A DNA stretch of 14,125 bases from Candidatus Sumerlaeaceae bacterium (GTDB lineage Bacteria > Sumerlaeota > Sumerlaeia > Sumerlaeales > Sumerlaeaceae): contig JBPCLP010000052.1 in assembly GCA_051003195.1 (NCBI GenBank), forward strand, positions 1 to 14,125. Reading direction: 5' to 3'. Positions 8,709 to 14,125 of this stretch are shown piece by piece. The notes below the pieces were generated by a model. The model made no database searches. It had not been told where the DNA came from and worked only from the letters and a program-made list of their open reading frames with translations. Every line of letters starts with the position of its first letter. Within the stretch, counting starts at the first letter, position 1. A program made the translations under genes and the position numbers.

Positions 8709-10270
8709 AACTTTATCCAAGCATGGTCGTGTGCGTGCTGTCCGGCCAGCTGTTATCCGCTCGTGGAGAAACCACCGCGAGCTGCTGCCTCGCGCCGGAG
8801 TATTCTTTTTACGGCGGCGCGAAACAGTGCGTGAGGTGCGAGAGCGGTCGGGACGCAGGCACTTCGCAACCCCTGCTCAAGTACCGCAAACTCTACGTCG
8901 AAGAAGGGCATTCGCATCGTATCGAAAACCTGAAGCAGATGGTGGAGTGGATGCCGAAGGTGGGGTATAACGTGCTGGTGGTACCTACGAATTACCAGGG
9001 AAGTGGTCGCGTAAGGTGGGACAACTGGCGCGAGGCGCTGACGCCCGAGCTGAAGAAGCGTGGTATTCTCATCGAGGTGGGCGGTCACGGCTACCAGAAT
9101 TTTCTTGGCGCAAAAATGGAAGACGGAAAACTCTTCGAGCAACACCCGGATTGGTTCGGCGCAAATAAACAGGGCGAGCGTCAGCGGCAGGAAAAGTGGG
9201 CGTTCTGCACGTCCAACGCAGCGGCGGTGGACTACTTCACGAGCAACGTGCTGGCTTACCTGAGGGACCGGCCGGAGATCGACATTTTCGACTGCTGGCC
9301 GCCCGACGGCGCGAAGTGGTGCGAGTGCGATGCCTGCGCAAAGCTCGGCAGCCCGAGCAACCGCCAGGCAATCCTGATCAATGGGCTGGCTGCGAAGCTG
9401 CGCGAGCAGTTGCCAAAGATGCGGCTGGAGGTGCTGGCGTATCACACCTCGGTTATGCCGCCGGAAAGCGTGAAGCTGGATTCGAGCGTGCTGCTCGATT
9501 TCTGCCCGATCTCACAGTGTTTCGAAGTGCAGATTAATGACTCGGTGTCGACGCAGAACCTCGCGTATGTCGAAGGATTGAAGGCGTGGCGCGCGAAGTT
9601 CGACGGCGATATCAGCGTGTACACCTATTATCGCAAGTACGCGTGGGATTCGCTTCCTGCGGTGTTTCCGCATTACATCCAGAAGGATGTGCAGTTCTAC
9701 AGGACGATCCCGGTGCAGGGAATTTCAATCTACAGCGAGCCGGCGGACTGGGGCACTTACGAATTGAACCATTACTCGCTGGCCAAGCTGGCCGAAAATC
9801 CGGATGCCGACGTGGATGCGATCGTTCGCGATTTCTGCAATGCGCGCTATGGTGCGGCTGCGGAAGTGGCGCAGCGGGTGTATGGCACGCTGGAGGAAAT
9901 CGTGCCGCGCTATTGCAGTCTGCCCGGAACAACACTGAAGTCCGCGGATGAGCAGCGCAAAGCTGAACAACGGCTGCGCGACGCTCAGCAGGAGTTGAAA
10001 AGTGCGGCCATGACGAACGCGGGAGATGCTGCAACAAGCGCGGCGCTGAACCGGCTTAACCTGGTGCTGGAATATGTAGCACGCGATGTGGAGCTGCGGC
10101 GCTTGCGCGCCAGTGGAGCTTCGCGGGAAGAACTGCTGGCCAGATTGCAGGATCTGCGCAACTTTTTAAGCGCGCATTCCGCGGACGGTGTTTTCCTCAT
10201 CAGTGAAAACCGGTTGTCCGAAGCGCGAATGACCAGGAAGTACGTGAGCGCACCTAAAGGCGGCGAGTAG
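8705..10270 (+). CDS. DUF4838-like putative glycoside-hydrolase-fold protein, 521 aa
   Basis: ATG 8705 overlaps the upstream TGA (ATGA). Motifs GGHGY, FEQHPDWFG, FCTSN, WPPDGAKWCECDAC, LEVLAYH and LNHYSLAKLAENPDADVDAIVRDFCNARYGAAA match my recollection of DUF4838 proteins. Confidence 0.8.
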   Translation: MKLYPSMVVCVLSGQLLSARGETTASCCLAPEYSFYGGAKQCVRCESGRDAGTSQPLLKYRKLYVEEGHSHRIENLKQMVEWMPKVGYNVLVVPTNYQGSGRVRWDNWREALTPELKKRGILIEVGGHGYQNFLGAKMEDGKLFEQHPDWFGANKQGERQRQEKWAFCTSNAAAVDYFTSNVLAYLRDRPEIDIFDCWPPDGAKWCECDACAKLGSPSNRQAILINGLAAKLREQLPKMRLEVLAYHTSVMPPESVKLDSSVLLDFCPISQCFEVQINDSVSTQNLAYVEGLKAWRAKFDGDISVYTYYRKYAWDSLPAVFPHYIQKDVQFYRTIPVQGISIYSEPADWGTYELNHYSLAKLAENPDADVDAIVRDFCNARYGAAAEVAQRVYGTLEEIVPRYCSLPGTTLKSADEQRKAEQRLRDAQQELKSAAMTNAGDAATSAALNRLNLVLEYVARDVELRRLRASGASREELLARLQDLRNFLSAHSADGVFLISENRLSEARMTRKYVSAPKGGE

Positions 10271-10387
10271 TGGCGAGTTTGAATCCGGTTTCGGAAGAGT
10301 TCCGGAGCTCCCCCCAGAACTTCGGATGCGCACGAATAACCTGGAATGATGTGAGGTCTGAGGGCGCGGGTGCTGGCGGTTGGAGGC

Positions 10388-10499
10388 TTTTCAAGTTTTC
10401 AAGTTTTTCAAGTTTTTTTCAAGTTTGGCTTGTAGAAGCTTGAAAGGCTTGCAGATAAATCAAGTTGGCGAAAATGGGGTAATTTCGCCACTTGAAAAA
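10388..10499. repeat. Array of T(n)CAAG boxes in direct and inverted orientation
   Basis: Four tandem units T4CAAG, T4CAAG, T5CAAG, T7CAAG (10388-10423). Inverted CTTG boxes at 10429, 10439, 10448 and 10491. Hairpin TCAAGtTGGCGAAA / TTTCGCCACTTGA at 10460-10495. Confidence 0.85.
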
Positions 10500-10910
10500 C
10501 GGTAATCCTCGCGTAAGAATTTGCGGGGGCCGTGGATTTCCGGCTTCCTTGTGCGATGGGCGGCTTTTTCCGCCAGGCGCATGGACGTAAAATGCCACGC
10601 GGATTGGGCGCAGAAGTCCCTTTGCCGTGGGTCACGGCGTTCGGGCTGCATAGAATTATCAATGAACACGTTCGGCTTACTACGTGGTCACGTTTACACC
10701 AGTTTGGTGGGACGTGTCACTTCCCTGGCGTCACCTTAGCGTGGGCTAAGTCCAATAAAGTCGAAAAAGATTTTGGGCGAAGGTGCGCTGGTGCGTGCCA
10801 GCAACTCCGGATGAGGGCCCTTGCTCGACGTGAGATGCTGATGAGGGCTTCAGTAAGAAAGTTTGATCGTCGAGCGTGCGAAGGTGACGCGCTGCCAGTA
10901 AAATAACCAA

Positions 10911-10940
10911 TTGTCTTAAATTTTTGTTACCGGTTAAAAA
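10911..10940 (+). promoter_or_regulatory. Possible sigma70-type promoter for the gene at 10953
   Basis: AT-rich tract with TTGTCT followed 18 nt later by TAAAAA. Weak consensus match only. Confidence 0.25.
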
Positions 10941-10952
10941 ACAGCTGCCTCT

Positions 10953-11588
10953 ATGTCGACTGATGAAATCACGCAAGTAGCTGCGCCGGCTGAGCCAACC
11001 AAGCGCCGGATCAGACGAGGGTGCTTTTATTACGGATGCATGTGCTCGATTCTCGCCGTATTACTGGGTGTGGGAGCTTGTGTGGGCGTGATAAATTACG
11101 GCAACTCTAACCTGGCGCCAGTATGCGATAGGTTCCTCACCTTGGTTGACGCTGACAAGCTTAAGGATGCATATGCCCATACCGGGCCAGGATGGAAAGA
11201 ATCGCAATCTGAAGAGGACTTTCGGGCATATATCACGGCAGTGAAATCTGCTTTAGGCCCTTTGGTTCGCAAACAGAGCTCGCGCACAGGAGTGTTCATG
11301 CGTAACGGTGCGACGCTGGGTGAACTTTCTTATGAGGCACGCTATGCAAAGGATGATGCAACGTTGCGATTCGCGCTCGAGAAAGTTAACGATGCCTGGG
11401 TTATCCAAGCGCTGACGATCGAGGCGAAAGCACTGCAGGATCGGTTCACCTGTCCTTCTTGTGGTCAGAAGCAGAAACGGGTGGCCAAGTTCTGCTCGAA
11501 CTGTGGTAAACCACTGCTGTTTCGCAACACGGAGCAGACGAGCGGCTCGATAGATGCTGCAGCGCTCGAGACTTCCGTGGCTAAATAG
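10953..11588 (+). CDS. Single-pass membrane protein with a DUF4019/DUF3887-like domain and C-terminal zinc ribbon
   Basis: KRRIRR followed by a hydrophobic helix. FLTLVDADKLKDAY...SALGPLV...YEARYAK...EKVNDAWVI pattern. CPSCG-x8-FCSNCGKPL zinc ribbon. Confidence 0.78.
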   Translation: MSTDEITQVAAPAEPTKRRIRRGCFYYGCMCSILAVLLGVGACVGVINYGNSNLAPVCDRFLTLVDADKLKDAYAHTGPGWKESQSEEDFRAYITAVKSALGPLVRKQSSRTGVFMRNGATLGELSYEARYAKDDATLRFALEKVNDAWVIQALTIEAKALQDRFTCPSCGQKQKRVAKFCSNCGKPLLFRNTEQTSGSIDAAALETSVAK

Positions 11589-11597
11589 AAAATGGGC

Positions 11598-11616
11598 AGG
11601 AACGGCAATCCCATTT
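11598..11616 (+). other. Loop and 3' arm of a short intergenic inverted repeat AAATGGG (11590-11597) / CCCATTT (11610-11616); possible hairpin
   Basis: 7-bp arms with a 13-nt loop, followed by ACTTTT, directly after the 11588 stop. A weak terminator candidate at best. Confidence 0.25.
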
Positions 11617-11658
11617 ACTTTTCCATCTCGCTGAGGCGCGAAACGTAAGCTATTGCCA

Positions 11659-12807
11659 ATGTCACATCAGCAGATGCATTGTTTCGTGATGTCGACAATT
11701 TCGCGTATCTTGCTCGGTGTTGCATTTTTCTTCCTCGGGATACTTGTGTGGTTCGGCATAGGACAATACCTCGATGCTGACGAGTGGAGTATTGCCAAGT
11801 GGACAATGCTGGTACTTCTGACTGGCCTCTTTGTAGCCAGGGAGCAGATTTCATTTCGAGCATTCCTGATTCTGTATTCGCCTGCAATTATGCTCAGCCT
11901 CTTGAACTGCGCGAGGTTTGCGCGCTGGAACGCTCTCTATGCAATACCGGTTTTCCTGATCGTATGTATAGTGGCGTTATCCGTCAGCCTGTTTGTAATT
12001 CGTAGAGCGCAATATCAGCGTCTATTGTTCCTATACAATTCGCTCTTTCACATACGCGACTCATTTCTGTCGCAATACTGGAGTGGGTTCAGCCGATGGT
12101 TTCTGCGACCCCATATCGTAGCGCTGCTTGTGTTCCCACCTGTTGTCTTCACCTGGTTTCGCTATATCCAGTTCTATGACTTCTACACGGCAATCTACCG
12201 AAAGTGGGAGTATAATTTTACGGGCATTAAGAGCGGATCTCTGATCCTGTGGATGCAGGGCGACACGACCGTCGAGTGTCTGCCGATGGCAGCAGGAGTC
12301 GGTACGCTCGTGTTCATTGCGTTCGGACTTGGCAATGCGCTGAAGCAGCGGCTGACAATCCGCCAGATGGCCGGAAGCGCCTGGTACTGGGCCGTGGTTT
12401 CCCTGCTGTTTCCAGCGTGGTTGTTTGCCGTTAACAATTGGTGGAACTATGTCTACGTGGATGCCGGTGATAGGTTCGATTGGTACGGTGACGGCAACTA
12501 CTTAGGGTTCCCTAATCCTGATCTGCTGCTGCTTTGCATTCTGCATGTGGGTGGGGCATGGCTTGGACTTACCGGGCCGATCCTGGCGCTGAGGTTTGGG
12601 AAAAGTCTTGGAATTCGAGTTGCGTCTTTTCTTCACCTGCTGGTGTTTTTTGCGGCCATGCCCGCGCAGTACGTCCATTGGATCGCGGGGTTCGGTTGGG
12701 GCGCCTGGCTGCCGGAAATTCCAGTGCTTTGTATGTCTGCCATGCTGCAGCCTATTTACCTGCAAAAGCTGCTGGAGAAGAAGCAGCATAGCATGAACTT
12801 CCTCTGA
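11659..12807 (+). CDS. Hypothetical polytopic membrane protein whose 3' end is supplied by the IS
   Basis: About ten hydrophobic, aromatic-rich segments. Start ambiguous (TTG 11653; ATG 11659, 11674 or 11689). The last codons (MNFL-TGA) lie in the IS terminal repeat that begins at 12794. Confidence 0.75.
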   Translation: MSHQQMHCFVMSTISRILLGVAFFFLGILVWFGIGQYLDADEWSIAKWTMLVLLTGLFVAREQISFRAFLILYSPAIMLSLLNCARFARWNALYAIPVFLIVCIVALSVSLFVIRRAQYQRLLFLYNSLFHIRDSFLSQYWSGFSRWFLRPHIVALLVFPPVVFTWFRYIQFYDFYTAIYRKWEYNFTGIKSGSLILWMQGDTTVECLPMAAGVGTLVFIAFGLGNALKQRLTIRQMAGSAWYWAVVSLLFPAWLFAVNNWWNYVYVDAGDRFDWYGDGNYLGFPNPDLLLLCILHVGGAWLGLTGPILALRFGKSLGIRVASFLHLLVFFAAMPAQYVHWIAGFGWGAWLPEIPVLCMSAMLQPIYLQKLLEKKQHSMNFL

Positions 12808-12847
12808 AAACGCGGACACTCGATTTCGGGGAATGCGTTGTTTTTCA

Positions 12848-13729
12848 TTATGCTGCCAGGGGTGTTGTTGTTCGCTGCATCTCTACGAAAGTCTGGTGAT
12901 ACTTAAGCTCATGTTGGTCGGGCGACAGATATCCCAGTGAGCTGTGTATCCTGCGGGTATTATAGAAACCTTCGATGTAGCTGAAGATCATGAGCCGCGC
13001 CTGCTCGTGGGACTGAGGAACCTCCTTTCCAAAACACTCGGTTTTCAGGGTAGCCCAAAAGCTTTCATGTGCTGCGTTGTCGTAGCAGTTGCCTTTGCGG
13101 CTCATGCTGCAGGTGATGTGGTTGTTTTCCAGCTGCTGGCGGTAAATCCTGCTGGCGTACTGCGATCCGCGGTCCGAATGATGAATCAATCCAGGGCAGG
13201 GCTTGCGGCCAGACAGCGCCTTATCAAGAGAACGCTGGATCAGATCTGTCTCCAGACTCAACGACACTGCCCAGCCAACGATCCGGCGGCTGAATAGATC
13301 CATGTGGCTTGCCAGGTAAAGCCAGCCCTGGGCCGTCCACAGATAAGTAATATCACTCGTCCAGATCTGGTTCGGCCTGTCCGCAGCTGCGATTTCACCG
13401 ACCCAGTTGGGAGCAACGGCAAGCTTATGATTAGTGTCAGTTGTCATCGGACGATACTTTCTCTTTTGAATGGGTTGCAGGTTCTGCTCCTTCATCAGCC
13501 GCAGGGTTCTGTTCTTACCGCAGGGCTCTTTGCGCTTTGCCAGCTCCTGTTGAATGCGAGGGCTGCCGTAGGTGCCTCGGCTTTGGTCGAAGATATCCAC
13601 GATGGTCGCTTTGAGAGCTTTATCGCGAAGCCGGCGCGGCAGCTGTGGTTTGCTGCGATGCGCGTAAAATCCACTTCGGCTGGCGTCCAATGCCTTGCAC
13701 GTCGGCGCAACGGGGTAGTGCTTGGCCAT
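12848..13729 (-). CDS. IS3-family transposase OrfB (DDE/rve catalytic domain)
   Basis: TYGSPRI, WTSDITY (D), HHSDRGSQY (D), CYDNAAHESFWATLKTE (E), FYNTRRIHSSLGYLSP. The frame stays open upstream to the slippery site. Confidence 0.96.
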   Translation of the reverse strand: MAKHYPVAPTCKALDASRSGFYAHRSKPQLPRRLRDKALKATIVDIFDQSRGTYGSPRIQQELAKRKEPCGKNRTLRLMKEQNLQPIQKRKYRPMTTDTNHKLAVAPNWVGEIAAADRPNQIWTSDITYLWTAQGWLYLASHMDLFSRRIVGWAVSLSLETDLIQRSLDKALSGRKPCPGLIHHSDRGSQYASRIYRQQLENNHITCSMSRKGNCYDNAAHESFWATLKTECFGKEVPQSHEQARLMIFSYIEGFYNTRRIHSSLGYLSPDQHELKYHQTFVEMQRTTTPLAA

Positions 13730-13795
13730 CTGTTCGACTAATTCGAACCGTTTCTCAGCTCCGGATCGCGCGAGCAGATGGCCAATGCTTTTTTT
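13722..13795 (-). promoter_or_regulatory. Programmed -1 frameshift signal: A AAA AAA plus downstream stem-loop
   Basis: mRNA TTA AAA AAA GCA (A7 at 13789-13795). The -1 frame reads KKSIGHLLARSGAEKRFELVEQ-MAKHY into orfB. Arms 13771-13785 and 13722-13736 are complementary at 14/15 positions. Confidence 0.88.
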
Positions 13796-14070
13796 AAGAT
13801 GTCACGCTCTCGCTCGACATAGGCCAGCTTGCGTCTGGCCTGCTCGAGCTCGGCAGCCAACTGATCGGTACTCTTGCTGCGGTCCACGACGGCTGAGCTG
13901 CTGGCTTTTTTTGGAGCGTACTGCGTTTTCCAGCGCTCCAGTGTTTTATACGGGATGCCTAGCTCACCTGCAATCTCCGCCATTGGCCGGCCACTTGTAC
14001 GGGCCAGCTCGACTGCACTGCGCTTAAACTCCTCGTCGTAGCGCTTGTATTTCTCGTAAACGTTGTCCAT
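13738..14070 (-). CDS. IS3-family transposase OrfA (HTH plus leucine zipper), 110 aa
   Basis: YDEEFKRSAVELA..IAGELGIPYKTLERW helix-turn-helix and ERDILKKA terminus. SD AAGGA precedes ATG 14070. Confidence 0.95.
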   Translation of the reverse strand: MDNVYEKYKRYDEEFKRSAVELARTSGRPMAEIAGELGIPYKTLERWKTQYAPKKASSSAVVDRSKSTDQLAAELEQARRKLAYVERERDILKKALAICSRDPELRNGSN

Positions 14071-14125
14071 GTGAAGTTCCTTAGAACCCCGCAATTCGAC
14101 TGTCTACGTTTTCGACGGAAGATCA

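Larger units (their letters stand above)
12794..14125 (-). mobile_element. Complete IS3-family insertion sequence, 1332 bp
   Basis: IRL TGATCTTCCGTCGAAAACGTAGACA (reverse complement of 14101-14125) and IRR TGAACTTCCTCTGAAAACGCGGACA (12794-12818): 19/25 identical, TG...CA ends. Contains orfA and orfB. Confidence 0.96.

Noticed and set aside
10532..10906. 124-aa ORF in the long intergenic region
   Set aside because: No SD, atypical composition and no motifs. Cannot be excluded but is unsupported.
10271..10952. tRNA, tmRNA, riboswitch or dif site at the islet boundary
   Set aside because: No cloverleaf with T-loop and CCA, no riboswitch consensus and no XerC/D arms that I could recognise.
10900..12793. 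Integron cassette array for the low-GC genes
   Set aside because: No RYYYAAC...GTTRRRY attC structure between the genes and no integron integrase.
1..14125. Composite transposon bounded by two IS3 copies
   Set aside because: The left end (reverse complement TGGCGTGCCCCCGTTTTTGG) does not match the right element's IRs (TGAACTTCC / TGATCTTCC), so they are different elements. An assembly break at repeats is the simpler explanation.

Overview
GC-rich bacterial DNA bracketed by insertion-sequence ends, probably a contig broken at IS copies. Left edge: probable right end of an IS3-family element (1-127), then an 81-bp-period imperfect duplication carrying a REP-like motif that recurs at 5666. Core genes: an AlkD-like DNA alkylation repair protein (minus strand), an orphan acidic protein with an AT-hook motif, a ~990-aa secreted protein of unknown function, an O-antigen ligase/Wzy_C-family membrane protein with a TPR-like C-terminal half, and a translationally coupled DUF4838-like protein. 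A ~680-bp intergenic region with a TCAAG direct/inverted box array precedes two lower-GC membrane-protein genes. The second of these runs into a complete IS3-family element (12794-14125) with clear inverted repeats, an A7 -1 frameshift site and a stimulatory stem. I cannot demonstrate a novel system from sequence alone. The best speculative lead is the secreted protein (with pilin-like motifs) / ligase-TPR / DUF4838 cluster as a possible protein-glycosylation locus. All family calls come from motif recognition by eye, not database searches.
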